This document shows positions 43,674 to 52,438 of a stretch of DNA of 54,136 nucleotides, one piece after another (position 1 is the first letter of the stretch; the number at the start of each line of letters is the position of its first letter). The notes beneath the pieces are model-generated. The model made no database searches. It was not told where the DNA came from and saw nothing but the letters and a program-made list of their open reading frames with translations. Position numbers and translations under genes: made by a program. The DNA lies in the NCBI GenBank assembly GCA_028820995.1, contig JAPPHR010000013.1, positions 1 through 54,136 on the forward strand, given 5' to 3'. The stretch comes from Rhodospirillales bacterium. Its GTDB lineage: Bacteria; Pseudomonadota; Alphaproteobacteria; UBA828.

Positions 43674-44708
43674 ATGCTGGTCACTCTGGTCGACGACTCC
43701 ATCCCGTTCAACGGGATGACACCGGCCTATCAACCCATTGGCGGTGCCGAGAAGGCGTTTGCCAGCCTGCCGGCCGCGCTCGCGCGCCAGGGCCATGTCG
43801 TGCGCGCCGTCAACCGAAGCCCCAACAGCCTGGGCTTCGAGAACGTGAGCTGGATTCACTGGGAAGGCCGCAAGCCGCCGATCACCGAGGTGCTGATCGC
43901 GTTCCGCAAGCCGGCACTGCTCGAGTTCACGCGGGCGACCAAGGCGCGCATCCTCTGGGTCACCGGGCCGCCGGATTACCTCCACCGCCCGGCAGTCCAC
44001 GAGGTGCTGAGCCGCACCGACGCGAAACTGGTGTTCTTGGGCAACACTCATTCCGAGGCCTATCGGTCCCAGGAGCAGAACGCGATCTACTACCGCTCGA
44101 TCGCACCCGGCGTGCGCGAGGAATACCGCAGCGGCGAGGAGATTTCGCCGGAAGATCCGCCGACCGCCGTGGTCACCACGCACCCCAAGCACGATCTCGA
44201 CTGGCTGCTGGGCCTGTGGGTCGAACGCATCCGCCCCGAGGCGCCGAACGCTCAGCTGCACGTCTACTCGGCAGCCTTCAAGCGGGCGCAGACGGGCGAG
44301 ACGCTGGCCGACGAACTCATGCCGATCTACGAGAAGGCGCAGGCGGCTGCGGACCATGGGGTGACAATCATGGCGCCCACCGGTGATCGGGACATGGCGA
44401 AGGCCTACGCCATGGCGCGGGTGCACCTCTATCCCGGCTCCGAGCGCGAGATGTATTGCTCAACACTGGCGGAATCGCAGGCCGTCGGCCTTCCCGCGGT
44501 GGCGCGGCCGGTGGGCGCGGTCAAGGAGCGCTTCACCGATCGTCAGTCGGGTTTTCTGGCGCCCGACGACGATGCCTTCGTCGAGAATGCGCTTGCCATG
44601 CTGAAGGACGACGAAGCCTTCGAGAAGGCGAGCAAGACGGCGCGCCGGGTTGGCCGGAATAGAAGCTGGGATACGGTGGCCAACGAGTTCGAGATGCTCT
44701 TCCGCTGA
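43674..44708 (+). CDS. GT-B glycosyltransferase (family 4/1-like)
   Basis: ORF trimmed to ATG 43674. GGAEKAF near the N-terminus and the C-terminal E-x7-E-like region STLAESQAVGLPAVARPVGAVKE. Confidence 0.8.
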   Translation: MLVTLVDDSIPFNGMTPAYQPIGGAEKAFASLPAALARQGHVVRAVNRSPNSLGFENVSWIHWEGRKPPITEVLIAFRKPALLEFTRATKARILWVTGPPDYLHRPAVHEVLSRTDAKLVFLGNTHSEAYRSQEQNAIYYRSIAPGVREEYRSGEEISPEDPPTAVVTTHPKHDLDWLLGLWVERIRPEAPNAQLHVYSAAFKRAQTGETLADELMPIYEKAQAAADHGVTIMAPTGDRDMAKAYAMARVHLYPGSEREMYCSTLAESQAVGLPAVARPVGAVKERFTDRQSGFLAPDDDAFVENALAMLKDDEAFEKASKTARRVGRNRSWDTVANEFEMLFR

Positions 44709-44726
44709 AGTGGTTCTTCGCCGCCC

Positions 44727-45383
44727 CTACATCACGCCGTACTTCTCCCAGGCCTCGGCGGTCGAGAGGCCGTTCTCGATCTCCTTGGCGATAAGGGTTT
44801 CCATGCGGCGCTTTTCCAGCGCCTTCTCGACGCACTCCGCCGCGACCTCGCTCGGCACCACGAGCACGCCGTCGTCGTCGCCCAAAATGAGGTCGCCCGG
44901 CCTGACCCCGACCTCGGCGATCCGCACCGGCTCCCGGTAGGCCACCACCCGGCCCCGGCCGCGCTGGTCCTGCGCGTAGGAGCCGCGGGCGAAGACCGGC
45001 AGCGTCATTGCGCGGATCTCGCGGGCATCGCGCATGTAGCCGTCCAGCACGGCGCCGGCCGCGCCCTGCGCCAGCGCGCGGGTGGTCATCAACTCGCCCC
45101 AGAGCGCGAAGGGCAGCGCTCCGGCGGCGGCCACGTACACCTCGTCCGTCCCGAGCGAATCCAGCGCTTCGAACATGAGGCCGAAGCTGTGGTCGTCCGG
45201 CGTGGCGGCGACCTCCAGCAGCGGCATCGCCCGGCCGACGAGCCTTGCGCCCGGCACCGCCGGCTGGATGGCCGGCGGCAGGAACTGGTGGCGGCGGCCG
45301 AGGGTGTCGAGCACGTCGCCGAGCTGCGCGGTGGAAAGCTCCGCCCGCACAGTCGCGAGAAGCGTGTCGGGAACCTGGGTCAT
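44727..45383 (-). CDS. RraA-family protein (4-hydroxy-4-methyl-2-oxoglutarate aldolase / RNase E regulator fold)
   Basis: 218 aa with ...ALWGELMTTRALAQGAAGAVLDGYMRD...GDLILGDDDGVLVVP. The ATG overlaps the upstream stop (ATGA) and the RBS is GGAGGAAGG. Confidence 0.85.
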   Translation of the reverse strand: MTQVPDTLLATVRAELSTAQLGDVLDTLGRRHQFLPPAIQPAVPGARLVGRAMPLLEVAATPDDHSFGLMFEALDSLGTDEVYVAAAGALPFALWGELMTTRALAQGAAGAVLDGYMRDAREIRAMTLPVFARGSYAQDQRGRGRVVAYREPVRIAEVGVRPGDLILGDDDGVLVVPSEVAAECVEKALEKRRMETLIAKEIENGLSTAEAWEKYGVM

Positions 45384-46291
45384 GGCGTTCCTTCCTCCGG
45401 CCCTGCCGGGCAACTGCGGTCGATCAGGGTCGCAATCACCGGATGGTAGCGCGCCCCTAGCCCGTTCTCGATGGCGTGCGCGAACAGCGCCTTGACCAGC
45501 GCCGCGCCCTCGGCGTAGATGCCCGATTCCTGCGCGAGATCGAGTGCGTAGTCGAGATCCTTCAGCGCGTATGAGACGGGGAACGCGCCCTCCGGAAAGT
45601 GCTCCTCCAGCATCGCCTTCATGCCGTGATTGCGGAGCGCGAAGCTGTCGCCCGAACTCCGGCCCACCGCTTCCAGGAAGGTTTCCGGCACGATCCCCTG
45701 GCGACGCGCGATCGCGAGCCCCTCCGCCAGCGCGCGGACATTCTGGAAGAGGATCATGTTGTTCAGGATCTTCACCGCCTGCCCGCTGCCGACGGGCCCG
45801 CAATGGGTCACGTCCTGGGCGATGTGGGCGAGCAGCGGGCGCAGCCGCTCCACCAGAGCCGCATCGCCGCCCACCATGATGCTGAGGGTGCCGTCGATGG
45901 CGGCCTGGCGGGTGCGGGCGATGGGTGCATCGGTGAAGGCGATGCCGCGCGCGGCGAACGCGCCCTCGATCTCACGCGCGAGCGCCGGCGGCGCGGTGCT
46001 GGTATCGACCACGGTCCGCCCGGCGGGCAGGTGCTCGATCAGGCCATCGTCGCCGAGACACACCGTCCGTACCTCTCGGCCCGAGGGAAGCGACAGGAAG
46101 ATCAGATCGGCCGCTTCCGCGATCGCGGCGATGGAGGGCGCGACCGCCGCGCCGTCCGCAGCCAGCCGCTTCAGCGGAGCGGGGTCGATGTCGTGGGCCG
46201 TGACTTGGCCGTCGTGCTTGCGCACGAGGTTGCGGCACATGGGCTCGCCCATGACGCCCGTGCCGATGAAGCCGACGCGGATGCCGCTCAC
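45380..46291 (-). CDS. NAD(P)-dependent 3-hydroxyisobutyrate dehydrogenase-family oxidoreductase
   Basis: GTG 46291 overlaps the upstream stop (GTGA). VGFIGTGVMGEPM Rossmann motif, and GSGQAVKILNN typical of the HIBADH family. Confidence 0.85.
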   Translation of the reverse strand: MSGIRVGFIGTGVMGEPMCRNLVRKHDGQVTAHDIDPAPLKRLAADGAAVAPSIAAIAEAADLIFLSLPSGREVRTVCLGDDGLIEHLPAGRTVVDTSTAPPALAREIEGAFAARGIAFTDAPIARTRQAAIDGTLSIMVGGDAALVERLRPLLAHIAQDVTHCGPVGSGQAVKILNNMILFQNVRALAEGLAIARRQGIVPETFLEAVGRSSGDSFALRNHGMKAMLEEHFPEGAFPVSYALKDLDYALDLAQESGIYAEGAALVKALFAHAIENGLGARYHPVIATLIDRSCPAGPEEGTP

Positions 46292-47802
46292 CGGTCGCGG
46301 CCTTCCTGCGCGAACCGGGCGGCGCCGGTGCCGGCGAGGCGGCCGAAGACCGCGCCCGAGACCAGGCCCGTGCCGCCCGGATAGTTGCCGTAGAAGAGAC
46401 CGCCCACCAGCTCGCCCGCCGCGAAGAGGCCTGGGATCGGCGCGCCCGAGACCGCCTGCACCCTGGCCTCCGGATCGATCGCCAGCCCGCCGAAGGTAAA
46501 GGTGATGCCGCAGGTGACGGCGTAGGCCTCGAACGGCGGGGTCTCGATCCGGTTGGCCCAGTTGGATTTGGGTGGGGTAATGCCGCGGGTGCCGCGGCCG
46601 TCCTTCACGGTGGGGTCGAAGGGAACCTCCGTCATCACCGCGTCGTTGTAGGCCCGTACGGTCTCGAGGAAGCGCGCGCCGTCGATCCCCTCCATCCGTG
46701 CCGCGAGGTCTTCCAGCGAGTCGGCCTTCGCCCTGGTGACCTGGCGGATGCGGTACTCGTCCCGCAGCAGGTGGGTCACCTGCGAATCGAACACCTGCCA
46801 CGCCACCTGGCCCGGCTGCTCCAGCACCCGGCGGCCGTAGGCGGCGTAGGTGTAGTTCCGAAAGTCCGCGCCCTCGTCGACGAAGCGCTCGCCCGCCGCG
46901 TTGACGATGATCGCGAAGGGGTAGCTGTGCTTCTGGAAGCCGTCGCCGACTGCGAGGTCGCCGAAGGCCGGCGCGTTCCGGTCCCAGGCAACCGCGTGGC
47001 AGCCGGACCAGTGACCGGCCGGCATGGCGCCCGCCTCCAGCGCCATGCGGATGCCGTCGCCCTGGTTGAAGCGGGTCCCGCGCACCTTCGCCAGGTCCCA
47101 GCCTGGCCCGAGATAGCGCGCCCGCCACGCGGCGTTGGCCTCGAAGCCGCCGCAGGCGAGCACCACCGCATTCGCGCGGACTTCCACCGTGCGCCCCTCG
47201 ATCAGCGCGCGCACGCCGCGCACGCCGCGCACGCCGGCGTCGTCGGCGATGAGGGAGAGGGCCTGCGCCCGGTAGTGGACGGCGACCTGCGCTTCCGCCG
47301 CGGCCCTGTAGAGCGCGTCGACCAGCCCCGGCCCGCCGCCCCAGGCCTCGACCGCGAGCCCGCCCCAGAAACGGAAGCGCCCGTCCGCCCTCTTGAAGGC
47401 CTGGCGGCCGTAGCTCGGCTGCAAGCGCACGCCGAGCTTGCGCAGCCAGAGCAGGGTGGGGTGGCTGCGGGTCACGAGCTGCTCGACCAGGTCGGGGTCG
47501 GCGCGGTACTGGGTGAGCCGCGCCATGTCGTCGTAGTAGTCGGCCTCGGTGTAGGCGCCGAAGTCGGTCTCCGCCAGCTCGCGGTCCGAGAGATCGGGAA
47601 TCAGCGCGCGCAGCGCGTCCGCCCCGTCGAAGACCACCCGCATGGCGCCGGCCGTGTAGGTGCTGTTGCCGCCGCGCTCCTCTTCCGGCGCGGCTTCGAG
47701 CAGCCGCACGCGGGCGCCGCCCTCCGCCGCGGCGAGCGCCGCCGAGAGCGCCGCATTGCCGCCGCCCACGACCACGACATCTGAGGAGAGCGTTTCGGTC
47801 AT
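46288..47802 (-). CDS. FAD-dependent dehydrogenase, TcuA / fumarate-reductase-flavoprotein-like
   Basis: 504 aa. DVVVVGGGNAALSAALAAAEGGARV dinucleotide fold, and C-terminal PIPGLFAAGE typical of FAD_binding_2 enzymes. Confidence 0.85.
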   Translation of the reverse strand: MTETLSSDVVVVGGGNAALSAALAAAEGGARVRLLEAAPEEERGGNSTYTAGAMRVVFDGADALRALIPDLSDRELAETDFGAYTEADYYDDMARLTQYRADPDLVEQLVTRSHPTLLWLRKLGVRLQPSYGRQAFKRADGRFRFWGGLAVEAWGGGPGLVDALYRAAAEAQVAVHYRAQALSLIADDAGVRGVRGVRALIEGRTVEVRANAVVLACGGFEANAAWRARYLGPGWDLAKVRGTRFNQGDGIRMALEAGAMPAGHWSGCHAVAWDRNAPAFGDLAVGDGFQKHSYPFAIIVNAAGERFVDEGADFRNYTYAAYGRRVLEQPGQVAWQVFDSQVTHLLRDEYRIRQVTRAKADSLEDLAARMEGIDGARFLETVRAYNDAVMTEVPFDPTVKDGRGTRGITPPKSNWANRIETPPFEAYAVTCGITFTFGGLAIDPEARVQAVSGAPIPGLFAAGELVGGLFYGNYPGGTGLVSGAVFGRLAGTGAARFAQEGRDR

Positions 47803-47931
47803 CCTATCAATCCGATCCCGGCAAGGGTCGCCGTCGGCGTACAGCCTGCATGAGGTCGTGCCAACGGATGAGCCTGCGCGTCAGGCATACGGCGGTCGAC
47901 TCTAGCTCCGCAAGTGTTGTATCGTGTCAAC

Positions 47932-48183
47932 ATGCCTCGGGCCAAGCATCCGAAGAAGGAGGTCGAGAGTGCCTTGCGCGATGCCGAGAGCGCCGGTTGG
48001 ACGGTGACGCCGACACAGGCCGGACATCGCTGGGGCGTGATGTGGTGCGGCGCGGAGGATCCTTCCGGTTGTCAGATATCAATCTGGTCCACGCCCCGCA
48101 ACACCGGCAACCACGCCAAGCAGTTGCGACGCTTTATTGCTCGCTGCCCGCATACGTGGACTGAGCGAACGGGAGACGGCTGA
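47932..48183 (+). CDS. Small hypothetical protein (83 aa) with a HicA-like secondary-structure pattern
   Basis: MPRAKHPKKEVESALRDAESAGWTVTPTQAGHRWGVMWC...CQISIWSTPRNTGNHAKQLRRFIARC. This reads as helix, GW-strand, GH, two strands, helix, as in dsRBD-like HicA. No clear SD; a start at GTG 47914 is possible. Confidence 0.6.
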   Translation: MPRAKHPKKEVESALRDAESAGWTVTPTQAGHRWGVMWCGAEDPSGCQISIWSTPRNTGNHAKQLRRFIARCPHTWTERTGDG

Positions 48184-48184
48184 G

Positions 48185-48745
48185 ATGTCTGCGTTTCACT
48201 TCACTCTGATCGTCGAGGGGCCCGATCTTCAGGAGCAGTCGTGCATCGACGCGTTGTTCGAGGCCGGGTGCGACGATGCAGCTATCGGTCGAAGCGATGG
48301 AGTCCAGTTCGCCGACTTCGATCGTGAGGCTGCGACTCTCGACCGTGCCATCCTGACGGCCGTGGACGACCTGGAGAAGCTGCAGGGGGTCGAGGTCGTG
48401 CGCATTGCCGATGCCGGCCTTGCCTCGCTGGCGGATATCGCCGCTCGCCTCGGCCGCACTCGGGAGAGCGTTCGACTATTGGTCAGCGGCGCTCGGGGCC
48501 CCGGCGGTTTTCCGAAACCGGTCACCGACCCCCGCGGCCGCTATCGCCTGTGGCGCTGGTCCGATGTGGAGCGCTGGTGCGTGGAACGGTTGGGCGAGGC
48601 ATTGCCGATTTCGCAGGACGAAGTCACGGCGGCCTTCAGCGCCGCGCTGGAGCTCCGGCACTTCCGGCGGGCGATGGCGCCAGCAAGTCCGATCACTCTT
48701 CGGGAGCTCGTCGGCGCGGACGAGCTGCGGACGTCTCCCGAATAG
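48185..48745 (+). CDS. Hypothetical DNA-binding protein (N-terminal alpha/beta domain plus C-terminal HTH)
   Basis: ATG 48185 lies 1 nt after the preceding stop, with GGGAGA 8 nt upstream. FHFTLIVEGPDL...ALFEAGCDDAAIG.. in the N-domain. LADIAARLGRTRESVRLLVSG...YRLWRWSDVERW is HTH-like. Confidence 0.6.
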   Translation: MSAFHFTLIVEGPDLQEQSCIDALFEAGCDDAAIGRSDGVQFADFDREAATLDRAILTAVDDLEKLQGVEVVRIADAGLASLADIAARLGRTRESVRLLVSGARGPGGFPKPVTDPRGRYRLWRWSDVERWCVERLGEALPISQDEVTAAFSAALELRHFRRAMAPASPITLRELVGADELRTSPE

Positions 48746-48820
48746 GTGCGCCGCGCGCGGCGTGAGCCTTTCGCGAAGCGGACGTGTAGTATCCCGCGGC
48801 CCAAGTGCAGGAGGGATGCA

Positions 48821-50872
48821 ATGAGCGCAGCGGCAACCGAGGGACATCGATCCGCATCCGAGCTTAGTCTGGTGTGGGAGCCGCTGGAGATCGGCTCCAC
48901 GCGTGTGAAGAACCGGATCATGATGACCGCCCAGACGACTCTCCTGGGCAGGGACAACGTCCTCGGCGACCGGCACATCGAGTTCTTCCGGGAGCGCGCG
49001 AAGGGGGGCGCGGCGCTCTTCATCACCGAGCAGCAGGCCGGGCACCGGATCAGCAAGGGCTCGTTCTTCGAAGGCTGTTCGGCGTGGGAGAAGCGCGCCA
49101 TTCCCCAGTACGCCAAGCTTGCGGATGCGGTGCACGAACACGGTGCGAGGCAGTTCATCCAGCTCTTCGGCTGCGGCGTGCACGACAAGGGCACCATGAT
49201 CATGGACGAGTGGCACCCGCTCTGGGGTGTCTCCAAGATGCCTTCGATCGTGCACCACGAGATGCCGATGGTCATGGAACAGGAGCACGTCGACGACGTG
49301 GTCAAGGGATTCGCGGAATCCGCGCTCAACGTGAAGGTCGCGGGCTGCGACGGGGTGGAGCTGCATGCGGCGCACAGCTACCTGCTCGGCCAGTTCCTGA
49401 GCCCCGCCTTCAACGACCGCACCGACCGCTACGGCGGCTCCGTCCGCAACCGCTGCCAGATCCTGCTCGAGATCGGCGAGGCGGTCCGCGCCCAGGTCGG
49501 CGATGCGTTTACGGTCGGCGTCCGCATTTCCTTCGACGAGTTCATGGGCGATGCCGGGATCACGCCCGACCAGAGCGAGGAGCAACTGGAGGTTCTCTCG
49601 ACCAGCGGCCTCTTCGACTTCTTCAACATCTCAGGCGGCGGCTACTACACGTTGCACCGTGCCGTCTCTCCGATGAACGTGGAGAACGGCTTCATGCTGC
49701 CCTTCGCCAGTCGCGCCAAGGCGGTGGTGGGCAACCGGGCCAAGGTCTTCGCCGTCGGGCGGATCCTCGACCTGCACCAGGCGGAGCGCGCACTTGCCGC
49801 AGGCGATACCGACATGGTCGCGATGACCCGCGCGCAGATGGCCGAGCCGCATCTGGTGAAGAAGACCCGCGAGGGCCGCCAGAAGGAAATCCGCCGGTGC
49901 ATGGGCGCGAACGAGTGCGTCGCGCGGCTCTTCGACAACCGGCACGTGACCTGCGCCGTCAACCCGAGCGTCGGCCGCGAGGCCAAGTGGGGCAGCGACA
50001 CGCTGAAGCCGGTAGCGCCCGAAGAAGCGAAAGCGATCGTCGTCGTCGGCGGTGGCATCGCGGGGATGAAGACGGCGGCCGTCGCAGGAAGCCGCGGCCA
50101 TCGGGTCGTGCTGCTGGAGCGCGAGGAGCAACTCGGCGGCCACCTGAACCTGCTGATGGCGCTGCCGACGCGCAAGGAATGGGGCACCGCCATCGACAAC
50201 CTGAGCCGCGCCATGGATGTCGCCGGCGTGGACGTGAGGCTCGGCGTGGAGGCGACGCCCGACGCAATCGAGCTGGAGGCGCCCGATTCGGTGGTCGTCG
50301 CCACCGGCGCGCGTTGGGACTGCGACGGCCGCAGCCAGTTCCGCCCCGGTCAGCTGTGCCTCCCGGGCACGGAGCAGGAGAACGTCATCGAGGTGGGCAC
50401 GGCGACGGAGCGCGCGCTGGTGGATGCAAGCGCGCTCGGCGAGCGGGTCGTGATCCTGGAGGAGACCGGCTTTTACCTGCCGCTGGGCCTCGCCGAGATC
50501 CTGGCTGCGGGCGGGGCGGAGGTCGAGATCGTGACGCCGCGCGCCATGGTGGGCGAGGACGCCATGCGCACGCTCGATCTCTCCTACGTGATGCCGCGGC
50601 TGGAGGAAGCCGGCGTGCGCTGCAGCGGGCACATGAACGCGGAGAAGATCGAGGGCGGCACAGTCCACCTCCGCTCGGTCTGGGGCACGCGCTCGCGCGT
50701 TATCGAGGGGGTGGATACCGTCGTCATCTCGATGCTGCGCTCGCCTGACGATGCGCTTTACCGGGCGCTCGAAGGACGCGTTGCGGACCTGCACCGGGTC
50801 GGCGACGTGGTTGCGCCCCGGCGCCCGATCCAGTCCATGTACGAGGGCGAGGAGCTCGGCCGCGCGCTCTGA
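48821..50872 (+). CDS. NADH:flavin oxidoreductase of the FadH/TMADH type (OYE-like TIM barrel plus FAD/NAD(P) domain)
   Basis: 683 aa from ATG 48821 after GCAGGAGGG. GVELHAAHSYLLGQFLSP..N.RTD.YGGS (OYE motif), RRCMGANECVARLFDNRHVTCAVNP (Fe-S region), VVVGGGIAGMKTA (dinucleotide fold). Confidence 0.9.
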   Translation: MSAAATEGHRSASELSLVWEPLEIGSTRVKNRIMMTAQTTLLGRDNVLGDRHIEFFRERAKGGAALFITEQQAGHRISKGSFFEGCSAWEKRAIPQYAKLADAVHEHGARQFIQLFGCGVHDKGTMIMDEWHPLWGVSKMPSIVHHEMPMVMEQEHVDDVVKGFAESALNVKVAGCDGVELHAAHSYLLGQFLSPAFNDRTDRYGGSVRNRCQILLEIGEAVRAQVGDAFTVGVRISFDEFMGDAGITPDQSEEQLEVLSTSGLFDFFNISGGGYYTLHRAVSPMNVENGFMLPFASRAKAVVGNRAKVFAVGRILDLHQAERALAAGDTDMVAMTRAQMAEPHLVKKTREGRQKEIRRCMGANECVARLFDNRHVTCAVNPSVGREAKWGSDTLKPVAPEEAKAIVVVGGGIAGMKTAAVAGSRGHRVVLLEREEQLGGHLNLLMALPTRKEWGTAIDNLSRAMDVAGVDVRLGVEATPDAIELEAPDSVVVATGARWDCDGRSQFRPGQLCLPGTEQENVIEVGTATERALVDASALGERVVILEETGFYLPLGLAEILAAGGAEVEIVTPRAMVGEDAMRTLDLSYVMPRLEEAGVRCSGHMNAEKIEGGTVHLRSVWGTRSRVIEGVDTVVISMLRSPDDALYRALEGRVADLHRVGDVVAPRRPIQSMYEGEELGRAL

Positions 50873-50905
50873 ATTATAGGATGCGGGAGAGGCGCGCCTG
50901 CCGCT

Positions 50906-52438
50906 TCACTCCGCCGCGCGCTGGCTGAGCCGGGACTGCAGCGCGGTGCACAGCGTGCGCAGGACTTCGAGGCGCGCATGCCGCTTGCTGTTGCCGGGGA
51001 TCAGGGTCCACGGCGCCTCGGGCGTGCTGGTGTTGGCGAGCATGTCGTTGGCGGCGTCCTCGTAAGCCTCCCACTTCGCCCGGTTGCGCCAGTCCTCTTC
51101 CGTCAGCTTCCAGCTCTTGTAGGGGTTTTCCTTGCGCGCCAGGAAGCGCCGCTCCTGCTCGTCCTTGTCGATATGGAGCCAGAACTTCATCAGCAGCGTG
51201 CCGTGGCCGATGATCTGCTCCTCGAAGTCGCGGATCTCGGCGTAGGCGCGCTGCCATTCCGCGTCGGTGGCGAAGGATTCGACGCGTTCGACCAGCACCC
51301 GGCCGTACCAGCTGCGGTCGAAGACCGAGACCTGCCCCGCCTCGGGAAGCCTGCGCCAGAAGCGCCAGAGGTAGTGGTGGTCGCGCTCCTCGTCGCTCGG
51401 CGCGCTGACCTGATGGACGCGGTACCTGCGGGCGTCCAGCGCCGAGACCATGCGCCGGATGGCGCCGCCCTTGCCGCCGGCGTCCCAGCCCTCGAAGACG
51501 AGCACGACCGAGAGCCCGTGCAGCAGGTTCTGCGCGGCAAGCCAGTAGAGATCGGCCCTGAGCCGCGCCATCGACTTCTCGTAGATCTTGCGGCCCACGT
51601 TCTGCGGCTGCTCGATGGTGGAGATGGGCTTGACCTGGCGCTCCGTCGCGCCCACTACCGTCGGGCTCGCGACCGGCGCACGGGCGCGGAAACCGGCATC
51701 CGGCGACGGCAGCCCGGCGAGGCGGGCTTCGAGCGCCCGGCGTATCATCCCCAGCACCGTGAGCGAGCGGTAGCGCGCGTGGCGGCCATCGATTACGAGC
51801 CACGGCGCCTCGGCGGTGCTGGTGCGGGTGATGATGTGCTCGGCGGCCTGGTTGAACTCGTCGTAGCGGTGCCAATTGCGCCAGTCCCACTGCGAGATTC
51901 GCCAGTGATCGCGCGGATGCTTCTGCAGCGCCTCCAGCCGCTTCTGTTGCGCGTCGCGGTTGAGATGCATCCAGAACTTGAGGATCAGAGCCCCGTCGTC
52001 GGCGAGCGTTCGCTCGAACGCCGCGATGCGCGCGAGCCGGCGGTCGAGCGCGCTCGGCCCGATGCGCCCGTAGGCGCGGTCCAGCAAGGGCTCGGAATAC
52101 CAGGCGCTGAGGAAGAGGCCGAGCCGCCCGCGCCCCGGCAGGTCGCGCCAGTAGCGCCAGAACTCGGGCCGCTGGCCTTCTTCCTCGGTCAGCCGGTCGT
52201 AGGCGTGGGTGACGATGCGGCGCGGGTCGAGCCATTCCGAGAGCAGGTTGACCGTCTCTCCCTTGCCCGCGCCGTCGACGCCCGCGAACAGCACGATGAC
52301 CGGGAAATCCGATTCCGCGAGCCCGCGCTGCGCCTCGACCAGCGCGACCCGGAGCGCCGTCGCCTGCTCCTCGAACGCGGCTTTGGAAACCTCCCGCGCC
52401 CGCTCGCGCTCCACCTCATCGAACACTCGAGCGTTCAT
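50906..52438 (-). CDS. Two-domain polyphosphate kinase 2 family protein (polyphosphate:AMP phosphotransferase-like)
   Basis: 510 aa with two PPK2 modules: FAGVDGAGKGET...FLSAWYS and FEGWDAGGKGGA...FDRSWYGRVLVERV. Confidence 0.9.
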   Translation of the reverse strand: MNARVFDEVERERAREVSKAAFEEQATALRVALVEAQRGLAESDFPVIVLFAGVDGAGKGETVNLLSEWLDPRRIVTHAYDRLTEEEGQRPEFWRYWRDLPGRGRLGLFLSAWYSEPLLDRAYGRIGPSALDRRLARIAAFERTLADDGALILKFWMHLNRDAQQKRLEALQKHPRDHWRISQWDWRNWHRYDEFNQAAEHIITRTSTAEAPWLVIDGRHARYRSLTVLGMIRRALEARLAGLPSPDAGFRARAPVASPTVVGATERQVKPISTIEQPQNVGRKIYEKSMARLRADLYWLAAQNLLHGLSVVLVFEGWDAGGKGGAIRRMVSALDARRYRVHQVSAPSDEERDHHYLWRFWRRLPEAGQVSVFDRSWYGRVLVERVESFATDAEWQRAYAEIRDFEEQIIGHGTLLMKFWLHIDKDEQERRFLARKENPYKSWKLTEEDWRNRAKWEAYEDAANDMLANTSTPEAPWTLIPGNSKRHARLEVLRTLCTALQSRLSQRAAE

